Shown: positions 10,064-20,067 of the stretch, piece by piece
Numbering within the stretch: position 1 is the stretch's first letter
Layout: the number at the start of each line of letters is the position of its first letter
Source: an uncultured Staphylococcaceae bacterium
GTDB lineage: Bacteria; Bacillota_I; Bacilli_A; RFN20; CAG-826
Length of the DNA: 52,670 nucleotides
Assembly: GCA_964654155.1 (NCBI GenBank)
Contig: CAZZGL010000004.1
Coordinates: forward strand, 1-52,670
Reading direction: 5' to 3'
Notes under the pieces: generated by a model
What the model saw: only the letters and a program-made list of their open reading frames with translations
The model's database searches: none
What the model was told of the DNA's origin: nothing
Program-made: the position numbers and the translations under genes

Positions 10064-12102
10064 ACATTCTCTCCTTTACTTAAATTATTCTTAGTTGTTA
10101 ATTCATTACATTCACTGTATTCATAAAAAGTTATATCCTTTGAATATGGAGAATAAAGAACATTATCTTCAAAATATATTTCTTTTGATTTTTGCATCAA
10201 GACTTTAATTTGGTTATTCTTGCTAGGATAATAAAATAAATTATGATGAATATTGGTATTCCCGTTTGCCAATAACCAAATTGCCTTGCCCTTAGTGTTA
10301 TAAAATAAATTATTATTTATTTCGATATTTCTAATAGTATCCTCTATAGAACTACCAGTTCCTTTTGATCCATATGCAAAGACACTAATGTCATCAGAAT
10401 TAGAAATAAACTTACAATTTTCAATTTTTATATCCTGTGGCACAATCGCTTCTCTAAATGTATCAGTTACCGAAAGAACTTGAATTGCTCCCATTACAAC
10501 ATTTTGGAAAGTACAATTTACGATTTGTGATTTCCTAGATTGCAATAATATTCCACGATTTCTTTTATTTCTAATTATGCAATTGTTTAAATTCAATTCA
10601 GTAACTTTTGTCGCATTACCAACGTTATAACCTTCAATCTTTCGATTAGGTCTTTTATCAACAGTAAAGACATATGAAGTACCGTTTTTAACTAGCTCTT
10701 TAATTGTATATGAATCAATAAATTCCATATTTTCCGGATTATATACATCTATTGTATCGCCAACATCAAATGGTATCGTACATTCAGTCTGTGTTTGTTG
10801 AATGCTAATTTCTTTAGCAGCGGCATTTATACTTACTATTTTTGTATAAAAAGTCTTAATATTTAATGCATCATCATGGCTTCCTTCTAATAAGCAGTTT
10901 GTGATATTTAAAGGTCCTTCTAGAGCGATTGTGTGAATTATATCCGCGGTACATGTCATGATTCTTAAAGAACCTTCTTTAGTTCTAAAATTAGTTCTAT
11001 TTAAATTAAAATTACTACCTCGATCCACTCTAAAGCCCATTCCTCCTGCCACATAAACATTCACATTTTCAAAGTAAACATCGTTACAATCTAAAAAGTA
11101 AAATCCATAATTTTCATACATGGTATAGGCAAAAGAAACTTTTTTACCAATCGTCGGTGTTTTATAACTACAATATGGGAATTTATGATTTAAAGTAATA
11201 TCCAATTCACGTGATTCATGACGATAATTAATTCCTAAAATACCTTTATTTGAAGCACTTGTTGGTGAATTATAAAACAAATTCGCGTTAGTATCTGGAA
11301 CATATCCTCCGGTATTTTCATCAAAATAACATTCCATATATGAGCAAGATGAACCCGCATAGTTTTGATATATACTTTTATTAAGGTCAAATTCATCAGG
11401 AATTGATAATGTAACTATTGTTTGATTCTCTTCTTCATTTATTGCCTTAATCGTTCCAGAAATTGTTGGAGAATTAATCATATCAAAATCAATATTATAG
11501 ATATTAACATTTTTTGATATTGATGCCTTAAAATAGGTGCCCCAACCTGAAAATGCAAATAATGTTTCTTCTTCTCCGACTAAATATAGATTTTCAATTC
11601 CTGTAACATCTATTGATGCGGAAAATGGATAAGTACCATTCGTAAATTTAATTATTTTATTACCTTCAATGGATTTAATATTCGATAATAATATAGATAA
11701 ATTACCAGCATTATTTTCTCCTGTTATAGAAATTCCATAATCTTCCGCTAAAAAGATGGTTCCTTCATTTGGTGCTTTAAATTTAACTTCGTTTTCAAAC
11801 ATATCTTTATCTACTCCTACATCCTTTGAAGACGATAAACCCATTTCATCATTAGAGGTCATATTATAACTATAGGTAGAGGTAATTCTTTCAAGAAATT
11901 CATTGTTATCAACATAATTGTTGTTATCAATTGAAGAAGTTGAATTTAAAGAAGAATTATCAATAACCGATGATGTAGTTGATGAAGGTGTGGTTTCACT
12001 TCTAGACGGTTGTAAACTTGTTGTCAAATTATTATTATCAACACAACCTCCAATAAAGAGACTAATATTTAAAGCAATAATAAGTAATTTTTTATTATTC
12101 AC
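10060..12102 (-). CDS. Lipoprotein with GH110-like beta-helix domain (paralog of the downstream gene)
   Basis: Lipobox-like IGGC; Ser/Thr linker; TADIIHT...SHDDALN and IRNKRNRGILLQ; ATGA overlap with the next gene. Confidence 0.7.
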   Translation of the reverse strand: MNNKKLLIIALNISLFIGGCVDNNNLTTSLQPSRSETTPSSTTSSVIDNSSLNSTSSIDNNNYVDNNEFLERITSTYSYNMTSNDEMGLSSSKDVGVDKDMFENEVKFKAPNEGTIFLAEDYGISITGENNAGNLSILLSNIKSIEGNKIIKFTNGTYPFSASIDVTGIENLYLVGEEETLFAFSGWGTYFKASISKNVNIYNIDFDMINSPTISGTIKAINEEENQTIVTLSIPDEFDLNKSIYQNYAGSSCSYMECYFDENTGGYVPDTNANLFYNSPTSASNKGILGINYRHESRELDITLNHKFPYCSYKTPTIGKKVSFAYTMYENYGFYFLDCNDVYFENVNVYVAGGMGFRVDRGSNFNLNRTNFRTKEGSLRIMTCTADIIHTIALEGPLNITNCLLEGSHDDALNIKTFYTKIVSINAAAKEISIQQTQTECTIPFDVGDTIDVYNPENMEFIDSYTIKELVKNGTSYVFTVDKRPNRKIEGYNVGNATKVTELNLNNCIIRNKRNRGILLQSRKSQIVNCTFQNVVMGAIQVLSVTDTFREAIVPQDIKIENCKFISNSDDISVFAYGSKGTGSSIEDTIRNIEINNNLFYNTKGKAIWLLANGNTNIHHNLFYYPSKNNQIKVLMQKSKEIYFEDNVLYSPYSKDITFYEYSECNELTTKNNLSKGENV

Positions 12103-12113
12103 TATTCAATCAC

Positions 12114-13847
12114 CTACTTTGATAAATACCTATTAAGCGCATCGTTATAGCACTTCAATAAGTTATCCGCTCCATATCCTTTTAAGTCACTTAATAATTT
12201 TTGATAACTGCTATCATCATAAGGATCTTTACCATCTCCTCTAATATAACTAGCTTCTAAATATTTCAATTGAGGATCTAAAGTTGCCTTAATTGTTGTG
12301 ATTTTTTCATATTCATCAGAATTCATTTTTATTTCTCCTGGTTCAGGATTTTTTAAATATGGACGATATATTTCTGACATTTCATTTAATTTTTTAATAA
12401 TATCATCGTTCATTTTTCCAACGAAATCATTGCACCAATACAAAGCGGATGCACTACCAACATTTGGGGTAATTGTCGCTCGATATTGTTCTTGATTTCC
12501 CGTCCATGAAGATGGAACGATAAATGACCAAGAAGTCTTTGTGTCATCATCCCAATTCCAGTTTTCGCCTTCAACACCATAAGAAATTAATTGTGTGCCT
12601 AATTCGCTATACATGATATCAATTAAGCGTGCAACTTCTCTTACATAAGGAGTTGATGTTGGAATACAGGCACCATCCGCTCTAAAATGACCAAATCCCC
12701 AATGTAAAGGTGTACCCGTATAATATTCTGATGTTAATGGTCCAATTGTGACATAATCAGATTCATACTCATAACCAACTGTCAAATATGCAGCGGCTGA
12801 AACAAAACTTCCTAAACGATTTTGCACACCTTCAGTAGCCATTTGACTATCGGTTGTGATAGAAAATGTACTTTGATGAAGTATTTTTTCGCCCCAAATT
12901 TTATTCATGAACTTTAAATAATTACGATATGCTTCTGTATATGGAACATAAGTAAAGCTTTGACCATTCGCTTCAATTTCCGCACTTGAAGAAACATAAC
13001 CGTAACTTGCTAAAACAAAATTTCTTAAGTATTCTAATGATTTAGAAGTAACAGGTATTTCATCATCTACTTGTCCGTTATCATTTGCGTCTATTTCTTT
13101 AAACGCTTTTAAAACAGTATAATATTGTTCAATCGTCTTAATTTCCGATGCATTTGGAAGAAGTTTACCTTGATAACCTCCATAGTTTTCATTAATGTTA
13201 TCAATCCACTTTTGATTGATAAACATTTTATAAGTTAAGTCACGGGCAACATCACTAACAGACAAAGTTGAATACATTTTTCCATCGCTTAATGTCGCAA
13301 CTTCTCGTGCATTTTCCTTATTAATATCAACGCCAAAATTTGTATCTAAGCCTTTTTTATAATTTGGCATATAATTATCAATTAAATTACCTGCATTTAT
13401 TGTTTCACCACCGGCTTTAAATGAATAATTATCATCATTAAATGGTACATATGCATTAAAACCTTTTTCCATATATTGAACCTGTTCAGAAATTGAATTA
13501 TTAAATAAGAATAAATCAGGTTTATTTCCACTTCCTTGCCAAACATTAGCTCTAGCATTTGTATATGCACTTGTATCAGGAGTGGTAAATTCAAATTTTA
13601 ATCCAGTAATTTCTGATAAATACTTAAACATTGTTAAATCTTTATATTCTGGATTACCCGCACTATGAGGAGCAAAAATATGAATCGTTACCGGATCTTT
13701 TACAATTCGATAAGGATTATCTTCAGTTCCGTTTGGAAGAAAGTTATTAGGATCATAACTAACTCCTCCGCCACCGCAACCCGCTAAAACTCCTAGGCAA
13801 ATTGCTAATAAAGGTATTTTTGTAATTGTTTTTTTATTCATTTTCAT
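12114..13847 (-). CDS. Carbohydrate ABC transporter solute-binding lipoprotein (LplA-like)
   Basis: Lipobox LAGC; DANDNGQVDDEIP and YGVEGENW motifs of LplA-type binding proteins; adjacent permeases. Confidence 0.9.
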   Translation of the reverse strand: MKMNKKTITKIPLLAICLGVLAGCGGGGVSYDPNNFLPNGTEDNPYRIVKDPVTIHIFAPHSAGNPEYKDLTMFKYLSEITGLKFEFTTPDTSAYTNARANVWQGSGNKPDLFLFNNSISEQVQYMEKGFNAYVPFNDDNYSFKAGGETINAGNLIDNYMPNYKKGLDTNFGVDINKENAREVATLSDGKMYSTLSVSDVARDLTYKMFINQKWIDNINENYGGYQGKLLPNASEIKTIEQYYTVLKAFKEIDANDNGQVDDEIPVTSKSLEYLRNFVLASYGYVSSSAEIEANGQSFTYVPYTEAYRNYLKFMNKIWGEKILHQSTFSITTDSQMATEGVQNRLGSFVSAAAYLTVGYEYESDYVTIGPLTSEYYTGTPLHWGFGHFRADGACIPTSTPYVREVARLIDIMYSELGTQLISYGVEGENWNWDDDTKTSWSFIVPSSWTGNQEQYRATITPNVGSASALYWCNDFVGKMNDDIIKKLNEMSEIYRPYLKNPEPGEIKMNSDEYEKITTIKATLDPQLKYLEASYIRGDGKDPYDDSSYQKLLSDLKGYGADNLLKCYNDALNRYLSK

Positions 13848-13855
13848 ATCCTCCT

Positions 13856-14722
13856 TTAACCTTTTATTCCACCAATAGTGACACCTTTTTCAAAATACTT
13901 TTGGAAGAATGGATAAATAATCAAAAGTGGTAATGATGATACTACAATCGTTACATATTTTAATTGTTCACCCGCACTGACATCAGTACCTCCACCTAAA
14001 GATGCTTCATTTGAAATTAAAATGTCGTTTAATATATTTTGAAGTGGCATTAATGACTCATCGTTAACATACATAAGTGCATTAAAATAAGAATTCCAAT
14101 ATCCAACTACTGCATATAAAATCATGACAGCAATAATTGGACGGCATAAAGGCAAAACAATTCTTGTAAAAATAAGAACATCACCGCAACCATCTATCAT
14201 CGCCGCTTCTTGAACTTCAGTCGAAATTGATGTTTCAATATATGTTCGTATAACAATGATATTAAAAACAGAAATAACTCCTGGAAGAATAATTGCCCAC
14301 ATGGTGTTATCAATATGAAGTCCTTGTATCAATAAATATGTAGGTATCATTCCTCCACTGACAAACATTGTTAAAACTAAAAACAAATTGATAGCTTTTC
14401 GACCTTTAAAATCTTTTCTTGCTAAAGGATAAGCACATAATACTTGGCAAACAACTTGAATTATTGTTCCAATAAATGTATATATGAGTGAATTTTTAAA
14501 TCCTCTCCATATTTTTGAATCTTGCAAAACAGTTTTATAACCTTCAACACTAAAATCAACAGGAAATAATCCTACCTTACCCGCTAAAACGGCATCAGCA
14601 GATGAGAAAGAACTTGCTAAAACATTTAATAATGGTAATAAGAAACAAAATGCAATAAGTCCAACTATTATCATGACAATAATGTCAAATACTTTATCTC
14701 TTCCCGTACTTTTACGATTCAT
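13856..14722 (-). CDS. Carbohydrate ABC transporter permease (LplC-like)
   Basis: EAAMIDG EAA loop; YPFFQKYFEKGVTIGGIKG C-terminus; start moved to ATG 14722 behind an AGGAGG RBS. Confidence 0.92.
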   Translation of the reverse strand: MNRKSTGRDKVFDIIVMIIVGLIAFCFLLPLLNVLASSFSSADAVLAGKVGLFPVDFSVEGYKTVLQDSKIWRGFKNSLIYTFIGTIIQVVCQVLCAYPLARKDFKGRKAINLFLVLTMFVSGGMIPTYLLIQGLHIDNTMWAIILPGVISVFNIIVIRTYIETSISTEVQEAAMIDGCGDVLIFTRIVLPLCRPIIAVMILYAVVGYWNSYFNALMYVNDESLMPLQNILNDILISNEASLGGGTDVSAGEQLKYVTIVVSSLPLLIIYPFFQKYFEKGVTIGGIKG

Positions 14723-14733
14723 GAATATCCCTC

Positions 14734-15708
14734 CTACCACAATGAGTTATCAGAAACTTTCTTTGAAACAAAGTTTGCGAGAACTAAAATAATAATATTT
14801 ACAAGTGAATTAAATAAACCAATTGCAGTTGCATATGAAAAGCGAGGTGTACCACCATAATCAGGAAATGATACACGATATACATAAGTTGATATAATTT
14901 CTGAAGATGATAAATTCGTTGATAATTGCATCAAATGCACTTTTTCAAATCCAACGCTTAATATATTACCTACAGACATAATGAACATAATAACTGCGAG
15001 AGGAATAATTTGTGGTAAATTAACTGAAATAATTCTTCTTATTCTTCCTGCACCATCAATAATTGCGGCATCATGCAAATTCGGATCAACATTAGCTAAA
15101 CTACCCATATAAACAATCGACCACCAACCTAAGCCTTGCCATAATCCAGATACTACATAAATCATGCAAAAATAATCTGGGTCTTCCATTAAATTTGTTG
15201 CATCAAATCCAAAAAAAGCAAATATTTTAGTAAAGATACCGCTGTCGACTTTAAAAAATGTATAAAGCATACCAACTAAAACAGAAATTGAAATAAAATA
15301 TGGGGCATACATTATTGTTTGAACAACACGTTTATACTTTTTATTTTTTACTTCGTTTAACAACAAAGCAAAAATAATCGGACACAAAGAATTAAAGAAA
15401 ATTGATGCCAATGATAAAACTAAAGTATTTTTAACAATCGTCCAAAAATTAGGTAAAGTTAAAAAAGTATAAAAATGATTGAATCCACCCATTGAAGTCC
15501 ATGGAGAATCAAATATTCCTTGAAATGAATTGTAATCTTTGAAGGCAATAACTAATCCCCCAATTGGAAGATAATGAAAAATAAAAATATATAAAACAGT
15601 TGGAATAGTCATTATAAAAAGTGCTAATCCAATTTTTGAATACCATTTTCGATTTGTTGGAGTTCTTGAAATAGTTTCAATTGCTTGCCTAGATATTTTT
15701 CGTTCCAT
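14734..15708 (-). CDS. Carbohydrate ABC transporter permease (LplB-like)
   Basis: DAAIIDGAGR EAA loop; PYFIS motif; AIGLFNS; start at ATG 15708 behind GAGGTG. Confidence 0.92.
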   Translation of the reverse strand: MERKISRQAIETISRTPTNRKWYSKIGLALFIMTIPTVLYIFIFHYLPIGGLVIAFKDYNSFQGIFDSPWTSMGGFNHFYTFLTLPNFWTIVKNTLVLSLASIFFNSLCPIIFALLLNEVKNKKYKRVVQTIMYAPYFISISVLVGMLYTFFKVDSGIFTKIFAFFGFDATNLMEDPDYFCMIYVVSGLWQGLGWWSIVYMGSLANVDPNLHDAAIIDGAGRIRRIISVNLPQIIPLAVIMFIMSVGNILSVGFEKVHLMQLSTNLSSSEIISTYVYRVSFPDYGGTPRFSYATAIGLFNSLVNIIILVLANFVSKKVSDNSLW

Positions 15709-15725
15709 ATTCTCACCTCGATACA

Positions 15726-15739
15726 TGAAAGCGATTTCA
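15726..15739. promoter_or_regulatory. cre-like (CcpA/LacI family) operator upstream of the ABC operon
   Basis: TGAAAGCGATTTCA matches the TGWAANCGNTNWCA pseudo-palindrome, located between a TAAAAT -10 and the RBS. Confidence 0.65.
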
Positions 15740-15884
15740 TTTACATATAAATTTTACAATAGCTTTCCTATATAATTAAATTGAATTTTTTATCTTAAAT
15801 ATATATTTTTTTTACTTTTTCCATCTTATGGTAATAATTATTTAAATAATTAAGGATTTTAAAACTGTAATAAAATATATTTTT

Positions 15885-15912
15885 TTGATTTTATATTGAT
15901 AAATGTTATAAT
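15885..15912 (+). promoter_or_regulatory. sigma-A promoter of the AraC gene
   Basis: TTGATT-16-TATAAT with a TG extension. Confidence 0.55.
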
Positions 15913-15939
15913 CAATTAAAAAGAATTGAAGGTGATTAT

Positions 15940-16803
15940 ATGTCAGTACAAAGATTATATGAAAAAACATTATTCTTCAGAAATATTTATGATGATTTCA
16001 ACCTAGATTTAAGTCCATCGATTATTGGATGGGAAACATGTGTAAAAAACAAACCAGCGATTACATCTAATAAATCATCTTACCTAATCCACTTTGTCAT
16101 TAATGGTGAAGGAACTGTAATATATAAAAATAATCAAAAAATGAAAGTTCATGAAGGCGAATGCTTTTTAATTGAACCTCATAGCAATGTTATATATCAA
16201 CCAGATATTAAAAATCCTTGGTCATATTTTTGGATAGAAATTAATGGAGATTTAATTAAGAAAATTTGTTCAATGATTTCATTTAAAGAAAATAATTATG
16301 TTCTTGAAATCGAAAAAATGGATCAAATAGTTCAATGTTTTGAAGATATTTTTAATGAAGACTATTATTCTATAAATCAAAATGGAGAAACGCTTCGTGT
16401 CGAAAGTATTATTTACCAAATACTATCGATAATTATCAGTGAATATTCCGCAAGTAATGAAAATAAAACTTCATCAAAAAAGGAACAACAAATAAAAAAA
16501 ATTATCGAATACATTAATAACAACTATACTTCTAGCGATTTAACAATTAAAAAAATAGCCGATGCTTTCTTTTTTAATCAAGCTTATCTAACAAGAATTT
16601 TTAAAGAAAGCACCGGAATTTCTCCAATGAAATATATTATTGTTTTACGAATGAGACGCGCAGTTGAACTTTTAGAAAAAAGAACCTTTTCTATATCGCA
16701 AATTGCATATGCCTTAGGATATAAAAATCAGTTTTATTTTTCAAAAGAATTTAAACGATTTTTTGGTATTCAACCTTCAAAATATATTTCAAATACCAAA
16801 TAG
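15940..16803 (+). CDS. AraC family transcriptional regulator
   Basis: N-terminal cupin ligand domain (YLIHFVINGEG); C-terminal double HTH (SISQIAYALGYKNQFYFSKEFKRFFGIQPSKY); divergent from the ABC operon. Confidence 0.95.
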   Translation: MSVQRLYEKTLFFRNIYDDFNLDLSPSIIGWETCVKNKPAITSNKSSYLIHFVINGEGTVIYKNNQKMKVHEGECFLIEPHSNVIYQPDIKNPWSYFWIEINGDLIKKICSMISFKENNYVLEIEKMDQIVQCFEDIFNEDYYSINQNGETLRVESIIYQILSIIISEYSASNENKTSSKKEQQIKKIIEYINNNYTSSDLTIKKIADAFFFNQAYLTRIFKESTGISPMKYIIVLRMRRAVELLEKRTFSISQIAYALGYKNQFYFSKEFKRFFGIQPSKYISNTK

Positions 16804-16816
16804 TTTAAATAAAATT

Positions 16817-18145
16817 TTAATCATCTTGTTTATTTAGTGATTTTCTTTCTGTATTATTGAAAGAAGATGAATCAAAATATGCAGTTTCTGTAGTTTCTTT
16901 TTCTTCTCTTGTAATATTTTCTATATCTACTGACATATCGACATGATAATTCATATCAATAGCAATTGTATCACATACATAATCATGGATTGCTTTATTG
17001 CTTTTATTTATCGCTAAGACTATTAGTGAAATCAATGCTCCAAACATTGCAATAATCATAAATGAAAATGGTGAAAAACCAAATCCATTTATTTCAAATA
17101 ATGGATACATCCATCCTGCATTATTACCTCCACTTAAAAAGCAAGATACTATACATGTACTATAAAATAAAAAGAACGAAAAAACATTTCTTAATATTTT
17201 TTGATATGGTAAAGTAGTATATCCTTTTGAATCAACAACTTTGATTTTAAATAATTTCTTTCCAAGCGTTTGCATATCTTTAAAAATTATTTGTGGAACT
17301 ATATACGATACAAAAAATGCAATTAAATAAGAAATAAATGTACCCATATCAACAATATATGCTAATTTTTGATAATTACTTTTATAAATTGAATAATATT
17401 CATTAAATCTATGCGAATTAATTAATTGATTAACTTCAATATCCCATAGATTTTTAAAATTCGTAGCTAATAAATTATAATTTGTTAAGCCTGTTTGATA
17501 AGAATTATTTTCAAAAAGATATATATATAAATCCACTGCATACTCACCTTTTAAATATGGTAATTCATAATTCTCGTAGTCAAAAATCCACATACTACTA
17601 TCAACTGATGAATCTTTATAAGCCTTATAAAAATAAGCTTTTAATGAAAATGAACCTACATCTACAACATCATTTTCATATCCATTATAATCATTATATT
17701 TACTAACATAATTGTCATAAAAAAAAGCTAATTGGTCTGTTTCATAACTTGCTAGTGGTAAATTCTTCGGATTTTTAATATCAATTTGACTAGCATTAAA
17801 AGCGGAAGAATCAACAAAATAACTATACAGAATATGCATTAAAGCGTATTCCTCAATTATTTCATCAAGGCTACGTGGATGATTATATTTATTATCATCA
17901 TTATCAACAAACTGATATATATGCGCTTCTTCTTCAATTTTATAGCATTCTATCATTGCGTTATTCAAAGTATTATATTTATTCTTATATGAAGAAGTTG
18001 AGCCAATAACAGACATGGTTAACAACATTAAAATAAATGAAATAATAGCAATGATTACTCCGTCAACTAAAAATGAAAATATTCTTGAAGAAGAACTTGC
18101 TATAACATCATCTTTATATGGTCTTAAAAAATCATCTTTACGCAT
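16817..18145 (-). CDS. RDD family membrane protein with a large extracytoplasmic insert
   Basis: RIFSFLVD, QTLGKKLFKIKVV and AIHDYVCDT RDD motifs; ~210-aa soluble loop after TM1. Confidence 0.8.
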   Translation of the reverse strand: MRKDDFLRPYKDDVIASSSSRIFSFLVDGVIIAIISFILMLLTMSVIGSTSSYKNKYNTLNNAMIECYKIEEEAHIYQFVDNDDNKYNHPRSLDEIIEEYALMHILYSYFVDSSAFNASQIDIKNPKNLPLASYETDQLAFFYDNYVSKYNDYNGYENDVVDVGSFSLKAYFYKAYKDSSVDSSMWIFDYENYELPYLKGEYAVDLYIYLFENNSYQTGLTNYNLLATNFKNLWDIEVNQLINSHRFNEYYSIYKSNYQKLAYIVDMGTFISYLIAFFVSYIVPQIIFKDMQTLGKKLFKIKVVDSKGYTTLPYQKILRNVFSFFLFYSTCIVSCFLSGGNNAGWMYPLFEINGFGFSPFSFMIIAMFGALISLIVLAINKSNKAIHDYVCDTIAIDMNYHVDMSVDIENITREEKETTETAYFDSSSFNNTERKSLNKQDD

Positions 18146-18164
18146 ATTACTTTCCTCTCTATAT

Positions 18165-18198
18165 AAAGAATAGCAATTCCTTTATAAAATTGCTATTC
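18165..18198 (-). terminator. Hairpin/terminator after the ABC ATPase gene
   Basis: GAATAGCAATT...AATTGCTATTC perfect 11-bp inverted repeat followed by TTT on the minus strand. Confidence 0.7.
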
Positions 18199-18214
18199 AA
18201 TATATTCTTATAAA

Positions 18215-19942
18215 TTAATTTATGAGCTTTTCGGTAATTGAATCAAACAAATGAACTTTGCTTAAGTCAAATACTAAAGATAAAATATCACCACTATGAA
18301 CAAGAGTTTTAGCGTGTATTTTTGAAGTGATTTCACTACCCTCAAATTTTGTATGAACATAATATTCATGTCCTAAAAGTTCTGCAACCGATACTTCTAA
18401 AGAAAATGGATCACTAATTTCTTCTTCTGTTAAGACTCGATTTGATTGATAAATATCCTCAGGCCTAATACCAAACACCATTTCAATCGGTTCATTTAAA
18501 TTGATATTATTAAGCTTTTCTAAAGCATTAACTAAATATACACGTCTTGAATTTGATTCTTCACATAGTCTTAATTCATCAGTTAAATGATTCTTTTGTG
18601 CTATAAGTTTTTGATTGTCTGGATTTTCTGATAATGCTTTTTCAACTTGTTCAATAGTTTTTAATAAATCAAGTTTTTCAACAAACTTTAATTCTAAATC
18701 CGCAAGTTCTTCTTTAACATTTTCTAGTTCGTTGCAATAGAACTTATTAACTGCATCTTTAAATTCATCTGGTAATTTAATAGTTTTTCCTTCTTTAAAA
18801 GTTACTAAACCATTATGATATGTAACTTTTAATAAATTCATTGCCGGAGATCCAATAAAAGTAGCCACAAACATATTTGCAGGATGATTATATACCTCGA
18901 TTGGTGTTCCAATTTGTTGAATATATCCTTTATTCATAACCACAATTCTAGAAGCCATAGTCATCGCTTCAGTTTGATCGTGAGTGACATAAATTGTTGT
19001 TGCCCCTAATGCTTCATGCAATTTAATGATTTCACTTCTCATTTCTGCTCGTAATTTCGCATCTAAGTTACTTAATGGTTCATCCATTAAAAACACTTTT
19101 GCATTTTTGACAATTGCTCTTCCTAAAGCAACTCGTTGACATTGACCTCCAGAAAGTGCTTTTGGTTTTCGATCAAGATACTCACTAATTTGTAGTATTT
19201 GCGCTGCATTTTGAACTCGCTTATATATTTCGCTTTTTGGAAGATGCATTGGTTTATATATTTCTACAGGAGTAACTTTTAAATATGCGATTTTTTCTTC
19301 TAATTCTTCAATATCTTTTTTAATTAAAGAAATGTCTTCTTTATCATCTGGATCTTTTAGATAATCCTTTAAATTCTTTAATTGTTTTTCGAGTTTTCTT
19401 ATGACGCTTTTATTAATTCCTAAAATCGGATTTCCTTCTTTATCAACAACAAGAGTTGGAACTTTTCTAATTTTTAAACCAAATGACATATTTCCCGCAA
19501 CATTCATATGTGGATATAATGCATAGCTTTGAAATACCATAGCTATATCACGATCTTTTGGATGAAGTTCATTTGCAAATACACCATCGATAAATAAATC
19601 ACCTGAGGTAATGTCTTCTAGACCCGCGATCATTCTTAATGTTGTCGATTTACCACATCCAGAAGGACCAACAAAAACAACAAATTCCTTCTTTTGAATA
19701 TCTAAATTAAAATCAAAAACAGCTTGAACTTTGTTATCGTAAATTTTATTAATGTTTCTTAAAGATATATATGCTCCTGCAGGTGCTCTTTTAATCTTTT
19801 TTAAATTCTTTTTTTGATATTGCAAATGTGCATTTAGAATTCTCGTTCTTTGCGCTAAGACTTGTTTATCACGGCGTTTTTTTTCACGCATTTGTTTTTT
19901 CTTTAATTCTTTATCCGCTTTTATTTCTTTATATTGTGCCAT
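18215..19942 (-). CDS. Sugar ABC transporter ATPase (MsmX/MalK family) with an N-terminal extension and two coiled-coil insertions
   Basis: [38 protein letters not shown] and YVTHDQ motifs; C-terminal TOBE/OB (GIRPED); 575 aa. Confidence 0.92.
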   Translation of the reverse strand: MAQYKEIKADKELKKKQMREKKRRDKQVLAQRTRILNAHLQYQKKNLKKIKRAPAGAYISLRNINKIYDNKVQAVFDFNLDIQKKEFVVFVGPSGCGKSTTLRMIAGLEDITSGDLFIDGVFANELHPKDRDIAMVFQSYALYPHMNVAGNMSFGLKIRKVPTLVVDKEGNPILGINKSVIRKLEKQLKNLKDYLKDPDDKEDISLIKKDIEELEEKIAYLKVTPVEIYKPMHLPKSEIYKRVQNAAQILQISEYLDRKPKALSGGQCQRVALGRAIVKNAKVFLMDEPLSNLDAKLRAEMRSEIIKLHEALGATTIYVTHDQTEAMTMASRIVVMNKGYIQQIGTPIEVYNHPANMFVATFIGSPAMNLLKVTYHNGLVTFKEGKTIKLPDEFKDAVNKFYCNELENVKEELADLELKFVEKLDLLKTIEQVEKALSENPDNQKLIAQKNHLTDELRLCEESNSRRVYLVNALEKLNNINLNEPIEMVFGIRPEDIYQSNRVLTEEEISDPFSLEVSVAELLGHEYYVHTKFEGSEITSKIHAKTLVHSGDILSLVFDLSKVHLFDSITEKLIN

Positions 19943-19965
19943 AACAAATACCCTCCTTTAAAAAA

Positions 19966-19979
19966 AGTAATCGCCTACA
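19966..19979. promoter_or_regulatory. cre-like operator upstream of the ABC ATPase gene
   Basis: TGTAGGCGATTACT on the minus strand between a TATTAT -10-like box and the AGGAGG RBS. Confidence 0.5.
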
Positions 19980-20067
19980 TTTATAATACAATATTAATTA
20001 AACGATAATTAACTTATTGATATAAAAAGTAATAAATAAATTGATAAAAGTCAAAAAAATATATATT

